Source: a virus
Lineage: Duplodnaviria; Caudoviricetes
Direction: 5' to 3' (one strand)
DNA: 38,619 bases
Virus record (IMG/VR): IMGVR_UViG_3300022936_000018
Coordinates: 1-38,619 of that record
Shown: piece by piece, positions 1-8,769 of the stretch
Numbering within the stretch: position 1 is the first letter of the stretch
How the letters are laid out: each line of letters begins with the position of its first letter
Notes under the pieces: generated by a model
Databases searched by the model: none
Told to the model about the DNA's origin: nothing
The model's input: only the letters and a program-made list of their open reading frames with translations
Program-made: the position numbers and the translations under genes

Positions 1-152
1 CGCTCGGGGAACCACGCGAATGCGATCGCGTAGTTCGCCGATACTTCGTCCTGCTCAGAGATCCGGTTGATGTTGTTGCCGAACTTCTCGATGATCTCTC
101 GGTAGGTCTGTCCGGTAACTCCGGACTTCATAAATTCCATGCCAGTCGTCAT
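1..152 (+). repeat. Terminal direct repeat copy 1 (assembly overlap, circular genome)
   Basis: 1-152 matches 38468-38619 except at position 7 (g vs c) and position 133 (a vs c). Confidence 0.95.
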
Positions 153-170
153 TTCATGCCTTTCATTCGG

Positions 171-677
171 TTACAGCGCACGACGGATGTCAGTGAGCCG
201 GTCCAGGTAGTCGTTGAGCACAGAGCGGATGTCATCGCGCATCTGCGGGGTGGAACGGTCGAGAACGTCATCGACCGTGCGCGGGGCATCGGGCACTTCC
301 TGTTTCAGGTACGCGGGGGGCGGGCTGCCGCGCCAGAACCCCCACGCCGGGTGGTACAGGAACCCCTTGTCGAGGAACTTCCCGACCTCCCGCCACTTCC
401 CATCACGGGTGCGGCCCTCGCCGATGATGGAGACGCGCGCCTTCTTGCCGCCGATCAGCTTCGTCTTGTAGGCCAGGTTCTCGAGCTCGGACGGGTAGGA
501 GCCGGCACCACTGATCTGTGACACGTCCTGCCGGAGCCGATCGCGGAAGGTCTCGGTGATGGAGTCGAACTGCGCTTCCATCTGCAGTTTCAACTGCCGC
601 CCGGACCTGTCGTGCCGGAGGGACTTCGTGAAAGCCTCGAGTTCCTTCGTATTCCACTCGATACGGTCGTCAGCCAC
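171..677 (-). CDS. Putative neck/tail-completion protein (HK97 gp10-like position)
   Basis: GTG start overlaps the upstream stop (VADDRIEWNTKELEAF...); lies between the terminator-like gene and the tail chaperone. Confidence 0.5.
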   Translation of the reverse strand: MADDRIEWNTKELEAFTKSLRHDRSGRQLKLQMEAQFDSITETFRDRLRQDVSQISGAGSYPSELENLAYKTKLIGGKKARVSIIGEGRTRDGKWREVGKFLDKGFLYHPAWGFWRGSPPPAYLKQEVPDAPRTVDDVLDRSTPQMRDDIRSVLNDYLDRLTDIRRAL

Positions 678-1062
678 GGGTGGACCTGGCGATGACGTTG
701 ACGGCAATGCCGAGCATCTGCTGCCCCTGTGCTGTGGGGTAGAGGCGGGGCTGGTCCATCTCCGCGTCGGGGTCCAGTCGGAACGTCGTGGACGCGTCGA
801 TGGTGTCCGCTACAAGTTCGGCCAGATCCTCGGTGGCCTCCTCGGTGGCATCATTCGTGGACATACCGCCGATGCAGAGGGCGATGAGGTTGATGCGCTT
901 GTCACCGTAGGACTGACCGCGCTGCCGGTACGGGGAGGCGGGCATGACGCAGACGATCGGCGGCGTGAATGTCTTCGGGATGACACTCACCGCCCGGACA
1001 CCGCTGATTGTATTCAGCAGTGTCGCCAACGCACCCCGTGCGGCCGTCAGGTCGGAACTCAC
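670..1062 (-). CDS. Putative tail terminator protein
   Basis: 130 aa with a pattern typical of actinophage tail terminators (LATLLNTISGVRA...PPIVCVMP); follows the adaptor with an overlapping start/stop. Confidence 0.6.
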   Translation of the reverse strand: MSSDLTAARGALATLLNTISGVRAVSVIPKTFTPPIVCVMPASPYRQRGQSYGDKRINLIALCIGGMSTNDATEEATEDLAELVADTIDASTTFRLDPDAEMDQPRLYPTAQGQQMLGIAVNVIARSTRG

Positions 1063-1403
1063 GCGATCCCCATGTCAGGAGTGCACCAACGCGCTAGGAG
1101 AGATCTGACACCGCCCAGCGGGTCGGCACCGAGGCGCTGCGCCACGAAACCCCCACCCGCCGACCCATCGGGGAGGATCTGTGTTCCGAACGGAGCCTTC
1201 GCCCTTGAGAAAAGATCCACAGCGCACCGCAGGACGGCAGAGTCCTCGATCTCATCCGGCACCGGGTAGCCCTCATCCATGAGGTTCTTTTCGATGAACT
1301 CAGCGACGTGGATCTCGGCCTCGGCGAGCACTCGTTCCGCGACAGCCTGGTCCGACCCTCCTGCGCCGGCCTCAGCCAGGACTTGCTGGTAGGTGACGGT
1401 CAT
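1059..1403 (-). CDS. Head-to-tail adaptor
   Basis: ATGA-coupled start at 1403; VPDEIEDSAVLRCAVDLFSRAKAPFG...DPLGGVRSLL resembles gp15/gp6-like adaptors. Confidence 0.7.
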   Translation of the reverse strand: MTVTYQQVLAEAGAGGSDQAVAERVLAEAEIHVAEFIEKNLMDEGYPVPDEIEDSAVLRCAVDLFSRAKAPFGTQILPDGSAGGGFVAQRLGADPLGGVRSLLARWCTPDMGIA

Positions 1404-2983
1404 AGGGTCTCCAATGTGCGGAACGCGGCCTCCCACAAGGGAGCGGTCTGGTCGATGGTGTGGAGTGCGGCGGTATCGCGGGACTTCGCCGACATGGACT
1501 CCCGCAGCACGGTGTCCTCGATGAGAAGGTTGAGGCGGTCAACCCACTCGTCTTCGGTCTCGCAGAGGAACCCGTTCACCCCATCGACCACATAGTCCTT
1601 GTAGGGGCCGGTGTTGGAGGCGATGACGGGAATGCCGAGGGCGTTGTACTCGATGGCCTTGATCGGCGACTTCGACCGGGTGAACGCCGTATCCAACAAC
1701 GGGGCAATACCGATGTCGAAGTCGATACCGGAGTAGTACTCGAGCATCGACTCCCGCCACGGAGTAAACCTGTTGCGGAACAGGGAGAAGTCTTTGCCGT
1801 AGTCCACCCCCACGGAGTGGAAGTCGATGTCGCCGCGGTGGTCTGACACTTTTCGGAGGGCTCCGACGACTGAGCGGAAGTCGTCATGGTGGGATGAGCC
1901 CCCAGCCCAACCGATAGTCAGCCTTTCGGCTTTCTTCCGCTCCGTGGTGATGAGAGCCGGATCGATCGCATTAGGGATCACGATGACGTTCGGGTTGAAC
2001 TTCCGCATCGCATCCGCAAGATGCGGGACTGTGGTAGTCACCAAGTGCGCGTGGCTGAGCGCCGACTCCATCCAGTAGCGGGTCATATCCGATATCTGCA
2101 GCCGGGCCGGGTTCGACTCGTCCAGATTCCACAGGTCGTCGTCGGTCTCCCAGACGAGCTTCACCCCGGACTGCTTGAGGTTGTACCACATCGTGTCGAT
2201 CGACTGGCCGCCGATCCGCTGCCCCAGGACGATGCGGGGACGGCCCATCGGCGGGTGGACGTCCTTGGTGTAGTCGGTGTGGGTCATCAGATGGCCGGCG
2301 CGGTTCAGGAACTCAAACGGCAGGCGTACACGGTAGTACCCGCACGCCCCGCCGTCCTCGAACGCATACACCTCGAGCGGGTCGTTTATGGGCTCGTGCT
2401 GCTGGCATGTCGGTCCGGGCCATCCGGGAACAAGGTTCAGCACCTTCGCCGGCACAGTCCCAACCCACCGCTCGGCACTGAACCTGTCAGCCATGACTAG
2501 TGGCTCGAGCTTGCGGAGGTGATCGGCGGTCGCCCACCAGTAGTTCCCGCCGAAGAACGGCGACTCCACTTCGAACCACTCCTCCGGGGTAAGCCAGTGA
2601 GCGCCGACGAGATCGTAGATGTCTAGGGCGGCGAGGTTCGTGCGCCACTTCATCACAACCTCGTAGGTCATGCACGCGCGCCATGCATCCGACACGGGCA
2701 GCGGATACCCCGCACCCTTCGTGTGCGCGTACAGCACCGGCACATCGGTCAGCCGCTCCTGGATCAGACCCAGGGTGCGTTCCTCGAATCCGTCAGGGAA
2801 CTCGATGACCTCCCACCCGTCCGGGATGCAGGAGATAGCCTCAGCCCGGTTCTTGGGGGAGCCCACGACACCACAGGTCACCCGGTACGGGACTCCGATT
2901 CTGTCAAGGGCGTTGAGGTGCTCCGCGAACGGGCGCGCCCAACCACCGTCAGCGTAGAGGTGGTAGAAATGATGAAACTTCAT
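1400..2983 (-). CDS. Two-domain glycosyltransferase (N-terminal RgpF-like domain + C-terminal GT-B/GT4-like domain)
   Basis: N-term YAHTKG, FFGGNYWWAT, FSAERW; C-term GACGYYRVRLP, WETDDDLW, IGWAGGSSHHDD, DIGIAPL...KSPIKAIEYNALGIPVIASNTGPY. Alternative ATG at 3001. Confidence 0.85.
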   Translation of the reverse strand: MKFHHFYHLYADGGWARPFAEHLNALDRIGVPYRVTCGVVGSPKNRAEAISCIPDGWEVIEFPDGFEERTLGLIQERLTDVPVLYAHTKGAGYPLPVSDAWRACMTYEVVMKWRTNLAALDIYDLVGAHWLTPEEWFEVESPFFGGNYWWATADHLRKLEPLVMADRFSAERWVGTVPAKVLNLVPGWPGPTCQQHEPINDPLEVYAFEDGGACGYYRVRLPFEFLNRAGHLMTHTDYTKDVHPPMGRPRIVLGQRIGGQSIDTMWYNLKQSGVKLVWETDDDLWNLDESNPARLQISDMTRYWMESALSHAHLVTTTVPHLADAMRKFNPNVIVIPNAIDPALITTERKKAERLTIGWAGGSSHHDDFRSVVGALRKVSDHRGDIDFHSVGVDYGKDFSLFRNRFTPWRESMLEYYSGIDFDIGIAPLLDTAFTRSKSPIKAIEYNALGIPVIASNTGPYKDYVVDGVNGFLCETEDEWVDRLNLLIEDTVLRESMSAKSRDTAALHTIDQTAPLWEAAFRTLETL

Positions 2984-3010
2984 GCCTTGCTTGCCCTTCA
3001 TGCCGGACTT

Positions 3011-3026
3011 TCGAACACATTTGCGA
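3011..3026. promoter_or_regulatory. LexA/SOS-box-like site
   Basis: TCGAACACATTTGCGA versus actinobacterial consensus TCGAAC-N4-GTTCGA. Confidence 0.4.
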
Positions 3027-3119
3027 CACGGCCCCCAGACATGCCTCTGGGAAGCCGTTTGAGCCCCGAGGTGACCCGTTATGACCTGCCCTGTTCCCGA
3101 CCTGCGAGGGCAAAGAAAT

Positions 3120-3135
3120 TAGAACAGGTGTCCGA
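3120..3135. promoter_or_regulatory. Second LexA/SOS-box-like site
   Basis: TAGAACAGGTGTCCGA, 2 mismatches to TCGAAC-N4-GTTCGA. Confidence 0.4.
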
Positions 3136-3141
3136 TTGCGG

Positions 3142-3178
3142 AAAGGGGTGACGGTGGGGCATGATCCACCGCCACCCC
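3142..3178 (-). terminator. Putative intrinsic terminator after the major tail gene
   Basis: GC-rich hairpin ggggtg-acggtgg...ccaccg-c-cacccc followed by TTT on the minus strand. Confidence 0.55.
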
Positions 3179-3185
3179 CGCTTGT

Positions 3186-3605
3186 TTAGAGAGTGGACTG
3201 GGCCCAGTTCCCTACCAGCTCCCAACCGAGGTCGATGGTCGGGGAATCGGCGGTAGCCTCACCGCCCTCACCGCCAACCCACTCGTCCGAGGTGGGGGCC
3301 GAGATGGTCGCCGTCACAGCGAACTTCGGGCGACCAGCAGCCGACCCCTGGGGGAGGAACATGCCGGTCACCGTCGTGCCGATGTCCGCAGGAGTGTTCG
3401 CGTGAGTCCAGATCGAACCCGACACGAAGTTCTGCAGCACCGTCATCTTGAGCGCCTTCGCGCCACCCGAGCGGTACTCCGCGAACGTCTGCGAGGACTT
3501 GTCGGACTTCCCGAGAGACGCTGATGTGGTCTCACTCGAACGGTCTTCCCCATCGAGGATGAGGATGTACTGGTTCGGGATACCCCGAACATCACCGATT
3601 GCCAT
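3186..3605 (-). CDS. Putative major tail (tube) protein
   Basis: 139 aa, beta-strand-rich; PKFAVTATI...GG...DLGWELVG pattern; strong RBS (AAGGAG); no other tube candidate in the genome. Confidence 0.65.
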   Translation of the reverse strand: MAIGDVRGIPNQYILILDGEDRSSETTSASLGKSDKSSQTFAEYRSGGAKALKMTVLQNFVSGSIWTHANTPADIGTTVTGMFLPQGSAAGRPKFAVTATISAPTSDEWVGGEGGEATADSPTIDLGWELVGNWAQSTL

Positions 3606-3741
3606 TGCTGGTCTCCTTCTTCTCGGAGACGGGCTCCGGGGTTGGTTCGTCTATCACCGGTTCCGGCTCAACCGGGGCCGGCTTGGGCTTCGCAGCCTTC
3701 ACCGACCCCGTGTAGGAGCCGTCCGGCCAGCGGACGGCCAC
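3592..3741 (-). CDS. Small Pro/Glu/Lys-rich protein after capsid (49 aa, not in ORF track)
   Basis: GTG...MAVRWPDGSYTGSVKAAKPKPAPVEPEPVIDEPTPEPVSEKKETSNGNR* fills the capsid-tail gap exactly. Confidence 0.6.
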   Translation of the reverse strand: MAVRWPDGSYTGSVKAAKPKPAPVEPEPVIDEPTPEPVSEKKETSNGNR

Positions 3742-3744
3742 GGG

Positions 3745-4983
3745 TTACGCCGTCGCAGTCAGCTCGACAACAGCGCCCGACTCAACGGTCACCGTGCCGA
3801 AGTAGCCGGCGTATGCGACCTGCAGGCCGAGCACGGACGGCTCGGTAGCCTGCAGCGTGCCGATGCGCTGCTCGTACGCCTCCACCGCTGCGGTGGAACC
3901 GAGGTACGCCTTGCCAGCGCCGAGGCCAGCGGACATGATCACCGGCAGACCCGAGATCGTGCCGAGGACACCGGTGCCGTACGACGCAGCCGACAGGCCA
4001 GCGGACTGGGCGTTCTGCGCGTTGTACGGCTGGAACAGCGGGCCGAACAACTCGAGGACGGTCGGGGAGACCGCGATGAACAGACGACCGGCACCCTTCG
4101 TCTTCGAGAACACCGAACCGGTCGCAGTCCAGATTGCCCGCGCGATCGAAGTCTGCGACGCAGCCGACGCGAGACCGTAGCCCTGCGTGCCGGTGGCAGC
4201 GGCGGCGACAGCAGCCGCGAAGACCGCCTCCGTCTCGATGGCGTACTGGCCAGCGAGGTCGTTGACCACGGTGTCGAGGATGCCGGGGTTCGAGAAGTCG
4301 ATGTTCTGCTTCGACACGTTGACGTAACCGCCGTACGTGTTCACCGTGCCTGTAAGGCGGGTGATGAGCATCTTCTGCGACTCGAGCTCGGTCTTCTCGT
4401 TTGCGCCACCCGAACCAGCGGTGCCCTGGATGCCGACAGCGGTGTGCTGCGTCACCTTCGGACGGTAGAACGTCGGGCCGGACACGGGGGAGGTTCCGAA
4501 GAACGACACCAGCGGGCGGGACTGGTCGATGAAGTTGATCAGCGGGCCGACGATCGGGTCCGGGACGATACCGGGGTTGTCCGAGGTCTTCTGGTGCGCG
4601 GCGGCACGCAGGTACGTCTCGACGCGTGTTGCAGCGGAACGGTCACCCGTTGCACCGCTCCACTGGTCGAGAAGGTACGCGCCAGCCGAGGCGTACTCGG
4701 TCGGGTTGGTGACGCGCCCACGAATGGACTCCATCGCCTGGTTGACCTCAGCGCTGCGCTTGATGGCACCTTCGGTGACCTCGCGGGTCTCGTAGAGGGT
4801 GTCAAGCTGAATCTTCAGCTCGTCAACGCGCGAACGCGCGCCCTTCACGAGTTCCATTTCGGCATCGGTCATGTCGCGCTGCGCATCCTCTGCGGAACGG
4901 ACGAGACCCTGAATGAACGCGGTGCGCTCGTTGATCTCCACCTCGAGGCGCGTGACCATCGAGTCCTGATAATTGGTTGCCAT
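3745..4983 (-). CDS. Major capsid protein (HK97 fold, N-terminal coiled-coil delta domain)
   Basis: Start MATNYQDS with AAGGAG RBS; N-terminal heptad region, then PGIVPDPIVGPLINFIDQSRP and TYGGYVNVSKQNIDFS. Confidence 0.92.
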   Translation of the reverse strand: MATNYQDSMVTRLEVEINERTAFIQGLVRSAEDAQRDMTDAEMELVKGARSRVDELKIQLDTLYETREVTEGAIKRSAEVNQAMESIRGRVTNPTEYASAGAYLLDQWSGATGDRSAATRVETYLRAAAHQKTSDNPGIVPDPIVGPLINFIDQSRPLVSFFGTSPVSGPTFYRPKVTQHTAVGIQGTAGSGGANEKTELESQKMLITRLTGTVNTYGGYVNVSKQNIDFSNPGILDTVVNDLAGQYAIETEAVFAAAVAAAATGTQGYGLASAASQTSIARAIWTATGSVFSKTKGAGRLFIAVSPTVLELFGPLFQPYNAQNAQSAGLSAASYGTGVLGTISGLPVIMSAGLGAGKAYLGSTAAVEAYEQRIGTLQATEPSVLGLQVAYAGYFGTVTVESGAVVELTATA

Positions 4984-5090
4984 TAGGCACTCCTTAGATA
5001 GTTGGGATTGTTTGCAATGACCCAGCGGCCAGTGCCCCAACGGGCGGGAGTGCTCCAACGAGCGAATGGTTACATGTGACCCCAGACGGG

Positions 5091-5687
5091 TCAGCGCGCA
5101 GAAATCTCCCTAAGGAGAGCTGCGGCAAGATCGAGGTTCGGAGTTGGGGTATCCGCGATGGGCTCCCCGGTGCGGACGCTGATAATGTCAGCACCCTCAT
5201 AGGCCGGAATCGGCGTGAGCCCTAGGTGCTCGAGAAAAGCACGGTAGAAGGTCATCACTCCGTTCTTGATAGCGGTGTCCTGAGTGCGTGCCTTGAACTC
5301 GATGGATGCGTGCAGCACACCATCGGCTGCGAGCTGCAACGACTCGTCACCGAGCGGGGTATTCGAGACCTTGAATGTCGCGATGAGCCCCTTGGCATCC
5401 CTTGTGTTGAAGGAGCGCGCCCCGCCGATAACTCTCTCGGGCTTGTGATCCCGGTTGAGAGTTATGTTCTTGGTGCGAGACTCGATGCCATCGAACGAAC
5501 CAGGCATGAACTTCTCATGCGTCGCGCGAGGTCGCCAGTCAGGCACAGCAGCCTCAACGTTGTACGGAACAGCAATCAGGGTGATCTCACGCTTGCCGAA
5601 TGCCACGTCCTCGATCGAAGCTGAGCGAAAGTGCGTCCCCCCGAATTGCACGGGGGCGACTTCCGAATCTTCTAGTTGCTCGGTCAT
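5091..5687 (-). CDS. HK97-type prohead maturation protease
   Basis: IAVPYN, E-F-PGSF, LNRDH, GL-A-F, ASIEF, EHLGLTPIPAYEGA motifs; lies between portal and capsid. Confidence 0.88.
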   Translation of the reverse strand: MTEQLEDSEVAPVQFGGTHFRSASIEDVAFGKREITLIAVPYNVEAAVPDWRPRATHEKFMPGSFDGIESRTKNITLNRDHKPERVIGGARSFNTRDAKGLIATFKVSNTPLGDESLQLAADGVLHASIEFKARTQDTAIKNGVMTFYRAFLEHLGLTPIPAYEGADIISVRTGEPIADTPTPNLDLAAALLREISAR

Positions 5688-6880
5688 TATTCCTCCTGTC
5701 CGGTCAACGCCAGAGGGGCGATGTCACCGTTCATACGTTCCATGGTTCGAATCTCAGGCCCGGTGATCACACCGGGGATAGCTGCAAGGGTTGAGTAGTA
5801 GCTGGCGCGGTCGACCGCAGACGGGCGGGTGTATGCGTCACGGTTCAGGTCGAACTTCGTTCCCCGCGGCAACGCCCACGAAGAAATTGCGGCCGAGACA
5901 GCAGAGACCTTCGGGCCGAGGGACGCGCGCTCGTGGAAGTCGAACAGCGACGATACATTGCTGTACGTCATCGAATCCCCGCCCGACGGCAAACCGACAA
6001 GGAACGGCGGCACGCCGAGCATGATCGCGATACGCGAATCGGTGAACTGGGACAACTCCACAAGAGCCATCTCTTTAGCCGACTTCGTAGGGGGCGCATC
6101 GAGTTTCGCGCCACCCGACATGATCGCCGGCTCACCAGGACGCTCCGCGCGAGTCGCAACATACCCATCGAGAACAGCAATGGACTGTTCCTTCGTTAGC
6201 GGCTTGTCGGTCTGGATGTAGTACGGGGGCGCGATACCACCCTCTACAAGACCAGACACGTATCGGGCGATTGTTGCCGCCGACACCATCCGTGCACCGC
6301 CAGCCTCGAGCGGCCCAACACCATGAAGGTTCCCGGGCTGCCGTGAGTAACGGATGTGGAGCATGTCGCCCTCAGGAACCTCGTAATCGCCAATGCGAAA
6401 CACGTCACGAGAGACGATCGTCACGAAACACGCTGGAATCACCCGAAAACGGACAGGAAGATCCTGATAGTCGCGAGCGAGCGCGAGAAGGAACACCTCA
6501 CCGCACTGGTACTCCCAGAACGCCTCTTTCGCGAAGTCATCCCACGACGCGTAGTAACTAGGGTCAGGGTTCACCATCCACGACTTAGCAGGGATGATCT
6601 CACCGCCCCTCGTCAGATATGGGGGCATCGAGCTGATCACGGACGAGTTCAGATCCAGGCACGCCCACGCCGTGTCAACCAGAGTGCTGAACTGGGTGTA
6701 CCCGTCCCACGTCGGATCAAGCCAATCCGTGGGCCAACCCGGCCACGGAGACGGCGTAACCTGCATCCCTGGCAGGAACGCGGCACGCTGGGCCTGAATC
6801 AGAGAAGTCGGCGGCGGGTCATACAGTTCACGCGACGGCGAAGGCTCCGCTGTACGCGTGAACAGATCAAACAGACCCAT
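5687..6880 (-). CDS. Portal protein
   Basis: Start MGLFDLF; MLHIRY...GVGPLE, IAIMLGVPPFLVG...MTYSNV, ITGPEIRTME. Confidence 0.92.
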   Translation of the reverse strand: MGLFDLFTRTAEPSPSRELYDPPPTSLIQAQRAAFLPGMQVTPSPWPGWPTDWLDPTWDGYTQFSTLVDTAWACLDLNSSVISSMPPYLTRGGEIIPAKSWMVNPDPSYYASWDDFAKEAFWEYQCGEVFLLALARDYQDLPVRFRVIPACFVTIVSRDVFRIGDYEVPEGDMLHIRYSRQPGNLHGVGPLEAGGARMVSAATIARYVSGLVEGGIAPPYYIQTDKPLTKEQSIAVLDGYVATRAERPGEPAIMSGGAKLDAPPTKSAKEMALVELSQFTDSRIAIMLGVPPFLVGLPSGGDSMTYSNVSSLFDFHERASLGPKVSAVSAAISSWALPRGTKFDLNRDAYTRPSAVDRASYYSTLAAIPGVITGPEIRTMERMNGDIAPLALTGQEE

Positions 6881-6890
6881 GTAGGACTCC

Positions 6891-8435
6891 TTAGAAAATT
6901 CCAGACCACGACGAGTCATCAGAAACTGACCCGTGATGCGCCAAAGTCACCGCCTCCAAAGCGGAAATATCACCAGATCTGCGGGCGAACACATTGCGGT
7001 CGCCGATCTTCCGCCAATCAGCCGCGACCGTCGCCGCATCCAAGTCCGGGTAGCCGCCATGCTCCACTTCAGATGAAGCCACCGCTTGAACAAGATCCGC
7101 TACGGCCTGGATATAACGATCAGTTCCGATTTCTTCGAGCACTACAGAAGCACGCTCGAGATCAGGGATCAGAAACGCTGCTGGCCCACCCTTGTCGATG
7201 ACCACAAGACGGTCGAACTTCTGCGACACCCGCGCCACCTCAGCAACAAACGCTCGACGTTGTGAGACGGGCAGACGAGTCAACAGCCCAAGGTGAGGTT
7301 TCTCACCAGGGAGCACCGCACCGAAAGACAGCCACGTACCGTCAGGGTCAGCAGCCACACCAAGACCTGTCGGCACCCCGACACGAACCGGAGCAGACAG
7401 ATCGCCCCACCGGGGCAGAACCTTCGACCCGCCAGCCATCAGCAGGAACGGCCACACATTCAGGTACTGAGCAGCCCACCCCCTAAGAGGGTCAGGGTCA
7501 TCAACCTCAGGGTCGGACTCGCCCGCCCTCGCAGCCTTGAACTTCTCCGTCACCAACCGCTCACGATCCTCAGACCAATGCGGGGACGAAGCACGCCACG
7601 TCGCCGGGTCGGACACATCAGCGTCAGGGTGAGCACCCCAGAACAACAGCAGCGTGTCCTCAGACAGATCCCTGAGCGCGTTCATCAGACGACCGCGCAT
7701 CAAAGACGAAGCCTTGACATGCGCCGTTGAGGTCATATGCAGTTGAGGCGAGATCCGCTCGAGCAGCGCCGGCTCAATACCATCAGTGATCACATCCGGT
7801 TTGATATCCCACGCCTCATCGACCTGGCCGTAGCAAACGTCATAGCCGTAAGCCCCATCAGGTGCCCGCAGAATCCAACGGTCGGAATCCTCATCAGGGG
7901 CAACACGGATCTCCTGGCCGCCCGCCCGCTTCATCACCGTCCAGCCCCGCTTATCAGCCCAAGCCCACGACTTCGCGTGGATCTCCTTGCCGATCATCAA
8001 ATCCTTGGACACGAGCATGCACAGCTGCGTCTCACCGAACAGACTCGAGTGAGCAGTACGCCACACCGCCGACTGCCTAAGACGAACCGACTTGCCGATA
8101 CGACGCGGCCCCGACTCGAGCACATCACGCCACACCAGCAGACCCTCAGCGTCATGCTCGTACTGACGGATGATCGCCAGCTCCTGCCACCATCGCGGGG
8201 GCTTCCAGCTACCCGACCTACCCCAGCTCAGGTTCTGCAGCCGAGACCACTCGATCAGTTCTTTGCCGTAGGAACCAACCGCCCGAGGGTGCGGACCAGA
8301 CATCGCAAGAGGCGGCGCAGAGTCCTCAGGGACATCCAACAGGTGCTTCGCCCACTCCGAATGAGCACCAGCCATCGGGTCGCCCCGCAAAGCAAGAACC
8401 TCAGTCAGAGAAACCCGAACCACCGGTTCAACCAT
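6891..8435 (-). CDS. Terminase large subunit
   Basis: WWQELA adenine-binding motif, Walker A GPRRIGKS, Walker B GQVDEAW, MTSTA coupling motif, C-terminal DISALEAVTLA. Confidence 0.92.
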   Translation of the reverse strand: MVEPVVRVSLTEVLALRGDPMAGAHSEWAKHLLDVPEDSAPPLAMSGPHPRAVGSYGKELIEWSRLQNLSWGRSGSWKPPRWWQELAIIRQYEHDAEGLLVWRDVLESGPRRIGKSVRLRQSAVWRTAHSSLFGETQLCMLVSKDLMIGKEIHAKSWAWADKRGWTVMKRAGGQEIRVAPDEDSDRWILRAPDGAYGYDVCYGQVDEAWDIKPDVITDGIEPALLERISPQLHMTSTAHVKASSLMRGRLMNALRDLSEDTLLLFWGAHPDADVSDPATWRASSPHWSEDRERLVTEKFKAARAGESDPEVDDPDPLRGWAAQYLNVWPFLLMAGGSKVLPRWGDLSAPVRVGVPTGLGVAADPDGTWLSFGAVLPGEKPHLGLLTRLPVSQRRAFVAEVARVSQKFDRLVVIDKGGPAAFLIPDLERASVVLEEIGTDRYIQAVADLVQAVASSEVEHGGYPDLDAATVAADWRKIGDRNVFARRSGDISALEAVTLAHHGSVSDDSSWSGIF

Positions 8436-8439
8436 CAGC

Positions 8440-8511
8440 GCATCCCCGGGAGAGAAAAGAAAGAGGGCGGGGTCGTCTGGGGTATTGCTGTAGAAAAAAT
8501 GGACGTTGTTC
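8440..8511. other. Candidate cos/packaging region
   Basis: Short non-coding gap between HNH and terminase with T-tracts on the minus strand (TTTTTTCT...CTCTTTCTTTTCTCTCCCC), the usual cos position in HNH-associated HK97-like phages. Confidence 0.4.
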
Positions 8512-8769
8512 TCACAATTTGAGGAAGCGTGAGGTTCTTTGTTTGTTGCCGCGTATGGCTGCTTCGGTGGTGTTGCAGCGTGCGTGTCCGGGGCCGATGA
8601 TCCTTGTGCCTGTGGTGTCGTGGCATAGGTGCCATCGTTGACCGGGTGCTATCACGCGTGTTGGCATGAGGCAGATTGGTTCTGCACATTGGGCGTCGCC
8701 TCGTGCTACTACTGGTGCCCATGCGCGGCGGATCGCTAGGTACTGGCCGGTGTACTTAGGGTCGGCCAC
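8512..8769 (-). CDS. Packaging-associated HNH endonuclease
   Basis: QCAEPIC...WHLCHD...GPGHARCN, directly upstream of terminase. Confidence 0.8.
   Translation of the reverse strand: MADPKYTGQYLAIRRAWAPVVARGDAQCAEPICLMPTRVIAPGQRWHLCHDTTGTRIIGPGHARCNTTEAAIRGNKQRTSRFLKL

Noticed and set aside
3448-4986. 512-aa plus-strand ORF antisense to the capsid gene (similar long antisense ORFs at 7737-8522, 21378-22169, 37476-38342)
   Set aside because: Shadow frames produced by high-GC codon bias; no motifs, and they overlap well-supported minus-strand genes
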